Notes: a model not told the origin generated them from the letters alone. A stretch of 64,000 nt of DNA from Alphaproteobacteria bacterium (GCA_963665325.3 CAXXWS020000003.1:512001-576000); one strand, 5' to 3'; counted from the first letter of the stretch, positions 45,153 through 54,797 are shown. Numbers and translations are program-made.

Positions 45153-46316
45153 ATGGGTGCTGTCTTGAACAGGCAGGACCTGTTCGAGCGCATTGTGCTG
45201 TCTCTCAGCGATGTTGCGCTCGGCGATGTCCCGTGGCTGGCGTCCGCCGGACTGATCGAGGAGTTCTTGGAGGCGAGCGGCAGTTTCCTGATCTTCGGCG
45301 ACGGGGCCGCGCTCGACGATGTCTGCATCTTCTTTGCGCAGTTCTGCATGGGCGGGGAACGCAGGGACGACCTGGAGCGCATGTATTTCGAGACCTACCA
45401 CGCCGTGGACGAACGTCTGCCGCGCGTTCGGCTGCTTGCCGACAGCGAGCTGGTCACGACTCGCTCGCTGTTCACCGAGGATGAGCTGAAGACCTCGGCA
45501 GTTTACAACGAGGCCATGCCGCTCGCCCGTACCCGGGACAGCCTCCATGTGCGCCTTGACGGGCCGAAAGGCTCGCGCATCGTGTGGGCGGTGGGCGATC
45601 CGGTCGAGGGGGACGGCTGGTCGGGCGAGCAGGTGGAGTCGATCCGGTTGCTGCTGCCGTATATCCGCCACTTCGTGCGGGTCCAGCAGACGCTGGCCGA
45701 TGCCGGGGCGCTCGAGTCGTCGCTCACCGGGCTGCTCGACAATGTCCGCGTTGGGGTCCTGCAGCTCGACCGGCGCGGCCGGGTGATGGCGGTGAACGAT
45801 CGCGCCCGGGACATCCTGCGCCGGGCTGATGGGCTGACCGACCGGGACGGCCTGCTGCAGGCGGCGCTGCCGGCAGAGGATACGAGGCTGCAACGTCTGC
45901 TGGCGGGGGCCCTGCCCATCCCCGGCCGCGTCCGGGCGGGCGGTTCGATGATGGTGAGCCGTCCACATGCCCTGCAGCAGCTGATCGTGCATGTGAACCC
46001 GGTGAACGAAGCCCGGCCGAACTCGTATCGAGCCAGCGTCGGCGCGCTGGTGCTGGTCATCGAACCGGCGAGCCGCAACGGTACCGACGAGGCCCGGATA
46101 AGCGCCATGCTCGAACTCACGCCGGTGGAGAGCGAGATTGCTGCAATGCTGGCGCGAGGGCGGACGATTCGCGAGATCGCGGCGGCAACAGGGCGCAGCC
46201 AGAAGGCTATCCGCTGGCACCTCGGTCATATCTTCGCCAAGCATGGCATCTCCCGGCAAGTCGAGCTGGTGCAGCTGGTGACGGCGCTTTGCAACATTCC
46301 GGAGTCCGGGCCGTGA
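45153..46316 (+). CDS. LuxR-type HTH transcriptional regulator with PAS-like domain
   Basis: LDNVRVGVLQLDRRGRV..VN (PAS) and LTPVESEIA..LARG....EIA......IRWHL.HIFAKHGISRQ.ELV. Confidence 0.85.
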   Translation: MGAVLNRQDLFERIVLSLSDVALGDVPWLASAGLIEEFLEASGSFLIFGDGAALDDVCIFFAQFCMGGERRDDLERMYFETYHAVDERLPRVRLLADSELVTTRSLFTEDELKTSAVYNEAMPLARTRDSLHVRLDGPKGSRIVWAVGDPVEGDGWSGEQVESIRLLLPYIRHFVRVQQTLADAGALESSLTGLLDNVRVGVLQLDRRGRVMAVNDRARDILRRADGLTDRDGLLQAALPAEDTRLQRLLAGALPIPGRVRAGGSMMVSRPHALQQLIVHVNPVNEARPNSYRASVGALVLVIEPASRNGTDEARISAMLELTPVESEIAAMLARGRTIREIAAATGRSQKAIRWHLGHIFAKHGISRQVELVQLVTALCNIPESGP

Positions 46317-46447
46317 CACGGTTGCGAGGCGGGCGGTGGCGGGCCTCGAACCGAAACGCCTATGCGTGACCGTAAAGTGCCGGGACCCGGCGCTTAACGA
46401 CACTGAAAATCCCGGCCAACTGCGGGCGTGGCAGCCGACCGGCATGA

Positions 46448-46709
46448 TTTTTTTCGGCGTTAACACCTGTCCCGATCAAGGCGGAAACTTCTGGCGGCGT
46501 CCTCGATTGTGGGTTCCGCATCGCCGTTGTACATCGTCGATTGTCGAAGGGGTTTGCAGTCCGCGAAGAAGGATGGTCGAGGTCAGGAAGCCATGACCGT
46601 GGATATCCGTATTGCCACGCCGGATGACATCCGCGTGCTTGAGACCCTGATCGAACGCTCGTCGCGTGTGCTTCTGGTCCCGTTCCTCTCCGCCGCACAG
46701 CTCGCGGCG
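46448..46709. repeat. ~260-bp direct repeat (leader and 5' part of a GNAT gene), second copy at 52509-52770
   Basis: TTTTTTCGGCGTTAACACCTGTCCCGATC...GCACAGCTCGCGGCG at a 6061-bp offset. Confidence 0.9.
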
Positions 46710-46712
46710 TGA
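46593..46712 (+). pseudogene. truncated GNAT acetyltransferase copy
   Basis: MTVDIRIATPDDIRVLETLIERSSRVLL... ends where the IS3 end begins. Confidence 0.75.
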
Positions 46713-46778
46713 ACCGCCCCGGGTTTCCCGGAGGCTCCGTCTTGTGAGAAGGAGGAGCCATTATGGGAAGGCATTCCG
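46710..46778 (+). mobile_element. IS3-family left-end remnant
   Basis: TGAACCGCCCCGGGTTTCCCGGAGGC terminal sequence, then RBS AGGAGG and ATG GGA AGG; no transposase body follows. Confidence 0.6.
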
Positions 46779-47034
46779 GCGTGATTCTCCCCCTGGAGGA
46801 CGCCAAAGCCATGGCGTCGACGCCGTGGACGCTCCGGGCTCCGGTTTGTCGCTGCTGCTGTCCGGATGACGGGTACGACTTGGACCGGCTGCCGCGCGAC
46901 GGATCGGTGCCTGGCGACCTGCCGAGACCTGGGAGCGCTGCGATGGCCCCTGACGCTCTGCGCATGCTCGCACGCCCCGTGCAGCGCGTCGCCCGGCGCA
47001 CTATTATTCTGGCCCCTACCGGAGCGGATCCCCC

Positions 47035-48333
47035 ATGAACCGAAGAGAATTTCTCGCCTGCTCCGCCGCAACGGTCTTGCTTCCAGGGACGGCCTGGGCG
47101 AAGCCGGCCCTCCGGCTGAAGGCCGGTCCCGTCACTGCCCGGCTCTTGCCGGAAGGCGAAGCCTCGACCCGCATGCTCGGCTTCAACGGATCGAGTCCGG
47201 GGCCGGAACTCCGTTTCCGACAGGGCGACCGCGCTTCCGTCTCCTTCGAAAACGGATCCGGCCGGCGCTCCGCCATCCACTGGCACGGCATCCATCTCGA
47301 CAACGCGATGGACGGCGTGCCCGACCTGACCCAGGCGGCGGTCGAGCCGGGTGCGACCTTCGACTACGCGTTCGAGGCCCCCCACGCAGGGACCTACTGG
47401 TACCACGCCCACCACCGCTCCTGGGAACAGGTCGCCAGGGGCCTCTACGGCCCCCTGATCGTCGAGGAACGGAACCCGCCCGCTGTCGACCGCGACATTA
47501 CCGTCGTCCTCGACGACTGGCGCCTGGAACGCAGCGGCGCGCTGCACGAGAGCTTCGGCGACCGGCACGACTTCTCCCATGCCGGCCGGATGGGCAATTT
47601 CGCCCGGGCCCTGTTCTCGCGGAGCACGGTCCGGCGCGGCGACCGCATCCGCCTGCGTCTCATCAATGCGGCCACCGCCAGAATGTTCCCGGTCACGATA
47701 GCCGGGGGCGTCGGCAGGGTCGTGGCCCATGACGGCATGCCGCTCGCCGAGCCGGAGCCTCTCGAAGATCTGCTGCTCGCCCCGGCGCAGCGGACCGACA
47801 TCATTCTGGATGTGGCGGAGCCCGTCTCGTTCGCCCTCAAGACCCGTCAGGGCCCCTTCGCACTCGGAACCATCGCCGTGGAGGGTTCGAACCCCGCACC
47901 CGCCCGCGCGCCGATCCAGCCTCTGCCGGCCCCCGACATCCCGGCGCCCGACCGGGACGGTGCGACCCGCCTCACCCTCGTCATGCAGGGCGGGGCCATG
48001 GGCGGGCGCCACGGCGGCAGCGACTTCTGGGCCTTCAATGACCGCTCGGGCATGCCCGAGGCACCCTGGCGGCGCTTCGCGCGCGGTGAAACGGTGCGGA
48101 TCGCCATGCGCAACGACACCGCGTTTGCGCACGGCATCCACCTGCACGGCCATCATTTCCATGAGATCCTCGACGACGGCTCGCTCGGCCCCTACCGGGA
48201 CACGACCCTGGTCGACCGGCAGGCGAGCCGCGACATCCTTTGCGTGTTCGACAATCCCGGCAAATGGCTCCTGCACTGCCACACGCTCGGCCATCAGGCA
48301 TCGGGGATGAAGACATGGGTGGAGGTCGCATGA
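47035..48333 (+). CDS. multicopper oxidase (Tat-exported)
   Basis: MNRREFL, IHWHG, YWYHAH, HGIHLHGH, HCHTLGH...GM copper motifs. Confidence 0.93.
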   Translation: MNRREFLACSAATVLLPGTAWAKPALRLKAGPVTARLLPEGEASTRMLGFNGSSPGPELRFRQGDRASVSFENGSGRRSAIHWHGIHLDNAMDGVPDLTQAAVEPGATFDYAFEAPHAGTYWYHAHHRSWEQVARGLYGPLIVEERNPPAVDRDITVVLDDWRLERSGALHESFGDRHDFSHAGRMGNFARALFSRSTVRRGDRIRLRLINAATARMFPVTIAGGVGRVVAHDGMPLAEPEPLEDLLLAPAQRTDIILDVAEPVSFALKTRQGPFALGTIAVEGSNPAPARAPIQPLPAPDIPAPDRDGATRLTLVMQGGAMGGRHGGSDFWAFNDRSGMPEAPWRRFARGETVRIAMRNDTAFAHGIHLHGHHFHEILDDGSLGPYRDTTLVDRQASRDILCVFDNPGKWLLHCHTLGHQASGMKTWVEVA

Positions 48334-48764
48334 AGGCCGTTCTGCCGGCTCTCGTCCTGCTCTGGCCCACCCTGGCCCTTGCCGGCCACGAGCTAGACGA
48401 CCGCGACCTCGCCAACGGGCAGGTCCTCTACAAGCAGCACTGCGCCTCCTGCCACGGCGCGCAGCTGGAGGGGCAGCCCGACTGGCGCCGGCCGGGCAAG
48501 GACGGGATCCTGCCGGCTCCGCCCCACGATGCGACCGGCCATACCTGGCATCACGACAACCGGCTGCTGTTCGACTACACGAAGCTCGGCGGCACGGCGC
48601 TGATGGAGGCGCGCGGCATAGCCGGGTTCAGGAGCGGCATGCCGGGCCTCGGCGACGTCATGAGCGACGACGATATCTGGGACGTTCTCGCCTACATCCG
48701 CTCCACATGGCCAGAGCGCATCCGGACTATCCAGGCCGCCAGAAACCCGGAGCACGGGCGATGA
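48330..48764 (+). CDS. c-type cytochrome
   Basis: Signal peptide, CASCHG, PAPPHD.TGHTWHH, SGMP. Confidence 0.9.
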   Translation: MKAVLPALVLLWPTLALAGHELDDRDLANGQVLYKQHCASCHGAQLEGQPDWRRPGKDGILPAPPHDATGHTWHHDNRLLFDYTKLGGTALMEARGIAGFRSGMPGLGDVMSDDDIWDVLAYIRSTWPERIRTIQAARNPEHGR

Positions 48765-48877
48765 CCGGTCCCCGTTCCCCCGGCCCCGCCTTCGCCGACG
48801 AACGCGGACGTCCGGTCGAAGGCGCGGTCTCGCGGCTAATGACTGCAGGAAGGCAAGGCGCGCGCTCACAAGGGCGA

Positions 48878-49000
48878 GGCCATGGACCTCGGCGGCGTTG
48901 CGGTAGACGAGCGTCAAACGGGTGCGGCGCTAGAGGCGTTGCGCAGGCAGGCTCCGGACGCCGCCCTCAAGGGGCTGGCGCCTCATTGACGGGGATGTTG
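48878..49000. repeat. second copy of the ~120-bp direct repeat
   Basis: See 34476-34598. Confidence 0.75.
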
Positions 49001-49117
49001 GCCGGCGCGCATCGGCGACAGCATCGACAACGATCTTGTCGCTACGCCATAAGCCGCTTTCATTTCTACGGATTATACGTATATTGAGGTGAGGCCCTGT
49101 TACTTGGGGAGGCTACC

Positions 49118-49375
49118 ATGCCCACCGTTAGCGCCCTTGAGTTCCAGCGCAAGTTCGGCCGGTTTCAGCACGAAGCGCAGAGCGAGCCGGTGGAGATAAC
49201 CCGGCATGGGCGTCGCGAGTTCGTGCTCATGTCTGCGGAACAATATGACTGGCTTCGGGCTTGTGCGCAGCGCAGCCATCGCACGGACGACGCTGCCGAT
49301 GTTGTGATCGACGCCGTGGAGCGCGCTGAGATGGATGCGGAGCACAAGCCGCTCGACGACCTGCTGACGCGATGA
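49118..49375 (+). CDS. Phd/YefM-family antitoxin
   Basis: VSALEFQRKFGRF....EPVEITRHGR..VLMSAEQYD; RBS GGAGG. Confidence 0.85.
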   Translation: MPTVSALEFQRKFGRFQHEAQSEPVEITRHGRREFVLMSAEQYDWLRACAQRSHRTDDAADVVIDAVERAEMDAEHKPLDDLLTR

Positions 49376-49382
49376 CGAGACG

Positions 49383-49465
49383 GTGGCGGTTCCCGATCCG
49401 AAGCCGGGCCTGGTCGTCAGCTACGACTACCTCTGGACACATGAGGCCACCGCCGGCCTCCTCAG
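49383..49465 (+). pseudogene. truncated cognate toxin (PemK/MazF-like N-terminus)
   Basis: MAVPDPKPGLVVSYDYLWTHE, after which the sequence runs into a repeat element. Confidence 0.55.
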
Positions 49466-49469
49466 TTCT

Positions 49470-49746
49470 TATACCAGCGGTGCCGGGGTGAGACTCATGG
49501 GTGGGCGCCGCCGCGCCGAACGCGGCAACCATTTCGGATGGCGGCGTTGGCGCCGCCCCGCTCGGCGTCCCGGCCCTCTCCTCATCCTGAGTAGCGCCCG
49601 CGCCAGCGGGCGCGTATCGAAGGACCGTCCCCCGGTGGAAACGCCTCCCTCGATACGCGGCTGACGCCGCTACTCGGGGGAAGAGGACCGGGCCGACGGC
49701 AGGGGCGCCCTCGCTATCGGTTCCGATCAACCGCCGCCGGTATTAC
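49470..49746. repeat. composite REP/MITE-like element (double-hairpin unit 49506-49557 plus inverted copy of 13669-13893)
   Basis: Ends ATACCAGCGG ... CCGCCGGTAT (imperfect inverted repeat); internal units match the other repeat families. Confidence 0.7.
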
Positions 49747-50111
49747 GTCGTCAGCTCTCCCCGGCACACATGGCGCGCCTCGCCCGTGATGTACACTCTC
49801 CAGTGCTTCTTCACCCGGCGCTGACGTCAGACAGGCGCTGCCTCTTGCCCTCCTCAGCGATGGGCTTCTTCGAACGGGACCGATCGTTCCGATCGGTCAT
49901 CGGCTCGCCATGTCCGCGTGCGTCCGGGACGCCAAACCCCGCCGGACCCCGGCTTAGCGGCTGATCGACATGCCGCAGCCGACATGAAAAGTGCCAGAAT
50001 GGCACGGCCGGCGAAGCTCTATATCGTGCCGCATTTTTCTTGGCGATTACATACTTAACACCACCATTCGGAAGCCCCATATCTGTCTCATAGGAGGCAG
50101 ACACGAGCATC

Positions 50112-51066
50112 TTGAACGATCCGATCTTCCATGACGAGCTCGCGGCCTATGCCTATGTCGAGAGCATCCTATGGCCGCATGGGCCGGTCTGCCCCAAGTG
50201 CGGTTGCATCGACAGCGCCTATGAGTTGAAGGGCAAGCGGGCCCGGATCGGCCTGCGGCGCTGCAAAGAGTGCAAGAAGGAATTCACCGTCAAGGTCGGC
50301 ACCGTTTTCGAGTCCAGCCATGTCTCCATGTGCTACTGGCTTCAGGCAGCCTATCTGTTGAGCGCCAGCAAGAAAGGCTTCAGTGCCCACCAGCTTCACC
50401 GCGTTCTTGGTGTCACCTACAAGACTGCGTGGTTCATGTTCCATCGGCTCCGCGAGGCCATGCGCACCGGCGATCTGGCTCCCTTCGGCGCTGGTGGCGG
50501 CACGGTCGAGGTCGACGAGACATTCATCGGCAACGACCGCACCATCAAGCCGAAAGGCGAGAAGAAGGGCCGTGGCTACGCGCACAAGCACAAGGTGCTG
50601 TCGCTAGTAGACCGCACCACAGGCCGTGCCCGGTCTATGGTGGTGGACGACCTCAAGGCCAAGACGCTGGTTCCGATCCTGAAAGAGAACATCGCTGCCG
50701 AGGCGACGGTCTATACGGACGAGGCAGGCCAGTATCGCCATTTGGCTCGCGACTTCGCCGAACACGATTTCGTCCGCCACGCTTCCGGAGAATACGGTCG
50801 CGGTACCGTCCACACGAACACCATCAAACAAAGGCTATTTCAGCATCTTCAAGCGGGGCATGAAGGGCGTCTATCAGCACTGCGCCAAAAAGCACCTACA
50901 TCGGTATGCGGATGAATTCGAGTTCCGCTATAATCATCGCGTGGCCAATGGATGCGGGGATTCTCAACGAGCCGCCCATATGATATCGTCCATCCAAGGA
51001 AAATGGCTCACCTACCGGGACTCATCATGGCCGAGCAACGCGAACTCACTGGAGACCCTCTGCTAG
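50112..51066 (+). pseudogene. IS1595-family transposase, frameshifted near 50825
   Basis: WPHGPVCPKCG, CKEC..FTV, EVDETFIG, VYTDE, HTNTI, then a shift to the frame reading GYFSIFKRGMKGVYQHC..HL.RY..EF.FRYN. Confidence 0.85.
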
Positions 51067-51725
51067 CGGGCTTCTATAATGTCCGCGATGCTGCGCGCCT
51101 CCTTGGGATAGACAGCACAGCCCGCCTGCGGGGTTGGCTGACCGGCTGGCCGAACGCTCGGGCAGGGCCAATAGTACAGCGTCAGTTCGTCGATACCTCA
51201 ACAGTCAGTTTTCTAGACCTTATGGAATTGAGGTTTATCGACTATTTTCGTGCACAAAAGGTCCCATTGCAAACGCTTAGACGGGCCGCTGATAAAGCTA
51301 GGTTGCATTGGGAAACCACCCATCCATTTGCATTGTCTAAGTCCAAGTATATAACCGATAGACGAAAAATATTTGCCCAATCGGCAGAGGAGCAAAAAGA
51401 TACAATTACATGGGATTTGGCCACAAACCAATTGGAAATGTGGGAAGCGCTGGAAAGCGCCATTGCCCGCGGAGTGGAGTTTAGCCCTTCCACGGACCTC
51501 GCCGAACGATGGCGACCGAAAGGAAGTGAATTCCCCGATGTTATAGTAGATCCCCATTACGCGTTCGGACACCCTGTTATTGGGTCTCGCGCTGTACCAA
51601 CAAGTGCGATATTTTCCTTATACAAAGCCGAATGCGGTAAGTCTGACCAAATTGCCAAGTGGTTTAATGTCACCGTAGAACACGTTAATCAAGCCGTTCA
51701 ATTTGAGATTGAGTTGTCGGCTTGA
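51027..51725 (+). CDS. HTH + DUF433-domain antitoxin-like protein (VapB45-like)
   Basis: YNVRDAARLLG...LRGW, VSFLDLMELRFI..FR, HPFA, VDPHYAFGHPVI. Confidence 0.75.
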   Translation: MAEQRELTGDPLLAGFYNVRDAARLLGIDSTARLRGWLTGWPNARAGPIVQRQFVDTSTVSFLDLMELRFIDYFRAQKVPLQTLRRAADKARLHWETTHPFALSKSKYITDRRKIFAQSAEEQKDTITWDLATNQLEMWEALESAIARGVEFSPSTDLAERWRPKGSEFPDVIVDPHYAFGHPVIGSRAVPTSAIFSLYKAECGKSDQIAKWFNVTVEHVNQAVQFEIELSA

Positions 51726-52192
51726 AGATTAGAACGGATGAACATATTTCTCCCGTTATTGTTTCGATTATTCGAGACGTGGCTGCCACTACCGGATGGG
51801 AAATATCATCCGTTTATGATAGCCAAGACAGAGCGGTGGATGACACTTACTGGATCACTAAGTTTGCTAACGAGGGCGGTGAGGCAATTCTAACCGCTGA
51901 TCGGGATTTTGTTTCACGACCTCCGCAAATTGTAGCAGTCTTTGACACTGGGATGAAGGTAATTCAGTTGCCTCCGAGATGGGCAAATTCCAGAAGATCA
52001 TTCCAAGCCTCTCACTTGCTTCTCTGGTGGGCGCGCATTGAACTCACCTTACGCCAAATGAAGCAGCGGGAGTGCTACAAGCTGCCATGGAACCTGAACG
52101 AAACAGGAAATCTGAAGAAGGTGACAATCGACTATGCCTCCGCCCAAAAAAAACTCCGTAAAAGCAAACGTCGATCAAGTCCAAGAATTTAA
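51722..52192 (+). CDS. PIN-like domain toxin (VapC45/DUF5615-like)
   Basis: MKIRTDEHIS, DDTYWI, ILTADRDF acidic motifs; overlaps the antitoxin stop. Confidence 0.75.
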   Translation: MKIRTDEHISPVIVSIIRDVAATTGWEISSVYDSQDRAVDDTYWITKFANEGGEAILTADRDFVSRPPQIVAVFDTGMKVIQLPPRWANSRRSFQASHLLLWWARIELTLRQMKQRECYKLPWNLNETGNLKKVTIDYASAQKKLRKSKRRSSPRI

Positions 52193-52313
52193 GGAGGCCG
52201 CCCGGGAGGCCGGCGCTGACATGGACAAGGACGAGTTCGGCCACGTGCTCGGCGGGCTGGCGAAGCCGGATGAGCCGAAGAAGCCGGATCAGGCACGGGA
52301 CGACGAAGCATGA
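52134..52313 (+). CDS. small hypothetical protein (59 aa)
   Basis: MPPPKK...QVQEFKEAAREAGADMDKDEF...; ATGA coupling to the next ORF. Confidence 0.5.
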   Translation: MPPPKKNSVKANVDQVQEFKEAAREAGADMDKDEFGHVLGGLAKPDEPKKPDQARDDEA

Positions 52314-52486
52314 GGGTTTGCTTGTGTGGATGCGGCGAAGCCGTTGCCCCCGGCAGGAACTTTCTCCCTGGGCACGACCAACGGCTTCGGTGCGCCCTTG
52401 AGAAGGCAGTCGGAGGACCGGAAAAGCTCAAGGAAATTGTTGAACGACACTTAGCCACCCTGTCAAAGTCGGAGAATGGCGTTTAG
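52310..52486 (+). CDS. small CxCGCG...FxPGHD putative zinc-binding protein (58 aa)
   Basis: MRVCLCGCGEAVAPGRNFLPGHDQRLR... Confidence 0.55.
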   Translation: MRVCLCGCGEAVAPGRNFLPGHDQRLRCALEKAVGGPEKLKEIVERHLATLSKSENGV

Positions 52487-52653
52487 TGGCGCGAAGTATA
52501 TAATCCCTATTTTTTCGGCGTTAACACCTGTCCCGATCGAGGCGGAAACTTCTGGCGGCGTCCTCGATTGTGGGCTCCGCATCGCCGTTGTACATCGTCG
52601 ATTGTCGAAGGGGTTTGCAGTCCGCGAAGAAGGATGGTCGAGGCCGGGAAGTC

Positions 52654-53198
52654 ATGACCGTGGATATCCGTATTGCCACGCCGGATGACATCGGCGCGCT
52701 CGAAACTCTGATCGAACGCTCGTCGCGTGCGCTTCTGGTCCCGTTCCTCTCCCCCGCACAGCTCGCGGCGAGTCTCGAGGTGATGACGCTCGACAGGGAA
52801 CTGATCGCCGATGGAACCTATTTTGTCGCGGAGGAAGGCGGGATCGCGGCGGGTTGCGGGGGATGGACCCGCCGGCGGGGCTTCGTAACGGCCCGACACG
52901 GGCGGGACGGGGACAGCGAATTGCTTGCCCCGGGCGCGAACCTGCCCGCGTGAGAGCCATGTACACCGATCCGGATCATGCACGCCGCGGCATCGGGCGC
53001 CTCGTCCTGGAGACCTGCGAGAACGCGGCGCGGGAGGCCGGATTTACCGAAGGGGAACTCCTGGCGACACTGGCAGGCGAGCCGCTCTATCTGGCCGCCG
53101 GATGGCGGGAAGCCGAGCGGACCGTCGTTCCGACGCCTGCGGGAATCGATGTGCCTGCCGTGCGGATGGTCAAGCAGTTTCTGCCGTGCGCGGAGTGA
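52654..53198 (+). pseudogene. GNAT N-acetyltransferase, frameshifted near 52930
   Basis: First frame MTVDIRIAT...GCGGWT..., second frame ARVRAMYTDPDHARRGIGR...ATLAGEPLY; a single-base shift would join them. Confidence 0.8.
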
Positions 53199-53392
53199 AT
53201 ACAGACCGTATTCGATCCGGCAACCCGGGAGCGGCGAGGCCACGTTCCATCGGTGGCGCAAGGAATATGCCGGGCCTCCGAATCGCGGCACGACGCAGGA
53301 ACCGCAAGAGGCAGGACCCTGGCCTTGGCCCGCTTGACAATGTTCCCTGTATGTGCTTTTCCGCGCCATCGCAACAAGGAGGCCGGGTGGAC

Positions 53393-53812
53393 ATGCCGGG
53401 TGCGCTTTCTCTCGACCTGCGCAAGCGGGTGATCGACGCGGTGGAGGCGGGGATGAGCCAGCGGGAAGCGGCGCGGCGGTTCGCCGTGAGCGTGAACACG
53501 ATCACCAACTGGATCGCCCTCAAGCGCGAACGCGGCGACCTGAACCCCAGGCCCCTCGAGCGCATCCGCCCGCTGTCCGCCGATCCCGCGCGGGGCTTCG
53601 TCCTCGGCCTTGTGAAACGGGACCCCCACCTTTCCATCCAGGAGCTGCGCGAAGCGCTGGCGGCGGAGGGCGTCTCGGTGAGCTGGAGCGCGGTGCAGAG
53701 CTTCCTCAAGCGCCACGGCGTCGAGCGGAAGCCGGGCCCCCGGCCCCCCGGCCTGCGGCGCCGGCTGGCGAAACGCCGGGCCCGTCGGGCCGTCCCAAAC
53801 CCCCGCGGATAG
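53393..53812 (+). CDS. IS630 transposase-related HTH protein (no DDE domain)
   Basis: SLDLRKRVIDAVEAGMSQREAARRFAVS, PHLSIQEL, VSWSAV..FLKRHG; RBS AAGGAGG. Confidence 0.75.
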   Translation: MPGALSLDLRKRVIDAVEAGMSQREAARRFAVSVNTITNWIALKRERGDLNPRPLERIRPLSADPARGFVLGLVKRDPHLSIQELREALAAEGVSVSWSAVQSFLKRHGVERKPGPRPPGLRRRLAKRRARRAVPNPRG

Positions 53813-54028
53813 ATTGTCCCGGACGGCCGCAATCGATTGCAGGCGCTCGACGCACCCCTCCCGTCCGCCCGAAACCGGTTTTCACACTTCCAGCCCCTTC
53901 GAAAACGGCGCCCCGCCGCCCTGCGCTCAGGTCATGTCCCCGCTCTCCCGTTCCGGCAAGCCCCGGATATGGGGCGGGCATGCAGGAATTCAACCGCTAG
54001 AAAGGAAACAAATCCGCTGCCGGGCGGC

Positions 54029-54121
54029 GCGAAGGCGGGGAGACGGGCCCCCGCCTTCGCGGGGGCGACGATAAGGGGGGCGGGGGCGACGATTTAGGGC
54101 GCGGGAGCGACGAAAAGGGGG
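54029..54121. repeat. REP-like hairpin plus three 21-bp tandem GCGGG[G/A]GCGACGA units
   Basis: GCGAAGGCGGGG/CCCCGCCTTCGC stem; units at 54059, 54080 and 54101. Confidence 0.6.
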
Positions 54122-54197
54122 TGGGCCGGCGTCTCGACCCGCGCGCGCCGCTGTTGTAGCTATGCGGACTTCACGCGACGGGAAGGGCCGACAAGAC

Positions 54198-54797
54198 ATG
54201 ACCGGCGATCCTCCGAGCCGTCCGGACCGGGCCGAGGCCGAGCGGGCGGTGCGCACCCTGCTGCAATGGGCGGGCGACGACCCCGACCGCGAGGGCCTGC
54301 TCGGCACGCCCGACCGCGTGCTCAGGGCCTATGGCGAGTTCTTCGCCGGCTATCGCGAAGACCCGGTGAAGGTGCTGGAGCGCACTTTCGAGGAGACCGC
54401 CGACTACGACGAGATGATCGTGGTGCGCGATATCCGCCTGGAAAGCCATTGCGAGCACCACATGGTGCCGATCATCGGCAAGGCCCATGTCGGCTACCTG
54501 CCGGCCGGGCGCGTGATCGGCATCTCCAAGCTCGCCCGCGTGGTGGACATCTTCTCCAAGCGCCTGCAGATCCAGGAGAAGCTGACCGCGGAGGTGGCCG
54601 ACACCATAGACCGCGTGCTGCAGCCGCGCGGCGTGGCGGTCGTCATCGAGGCGACGCATATGTGCATGGCGATGCGCGGCATCCACAAGACCGCGTCCTC
54701 CACCGTGACCAGCCGGATGCTGGGCGGCTTCCGCACCGACCCGACCACAAGGCGCGAGTTCCTGACCATGATCGGGCGCGGTGGCGATTCCGTCTGA
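54198..54797 (+). CDS. folE: GTP cyclohydrolase I
   Basis: [41 protein letters not shown]. Confidence 0.95.
   Translation: MTGDPPSRPDRAEAERAVRTLLQWAGDDPDREGLLGTPDRVLRAYGEFFAGYREDPVKVLERTFEETADYDEMIVVRDIRLESHCEHHMVPIIGKAHVGYLPAGRVIGISKLARVVDIFSKRLQIQEKLTAEVADTIDRVLQPRGVAVVIEATHMCMAMRGIHKTASSTVTSRMLGGFRTDPTTRREFLTMIGRGGDSV

Larger units (their letters stand above)
50042..52507 (+). mobile_element. IS1595-family element carrying passenger genes
   Basis: Imperfect terminal inverted repeats GCGATTACATACTTAACACCACC / AGTGGCGCGAAGTATATAATCCC enclose the transposase plus four further ORFs. Confidence 0.75.

Noticed and set aside
50034-52516. Target-site duplication for the IS1595 element
   Set aside because: Both flanks are T-rich but not identical, so no duplication can be claimed; later rearrangement is possible.
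53215-53280. IS3 orfA-like fragment (IRQPGSGEATFHRWRKEYAG)
   Set aside because: Too short and degenerate to annotate as an element; noted only as probable debris.
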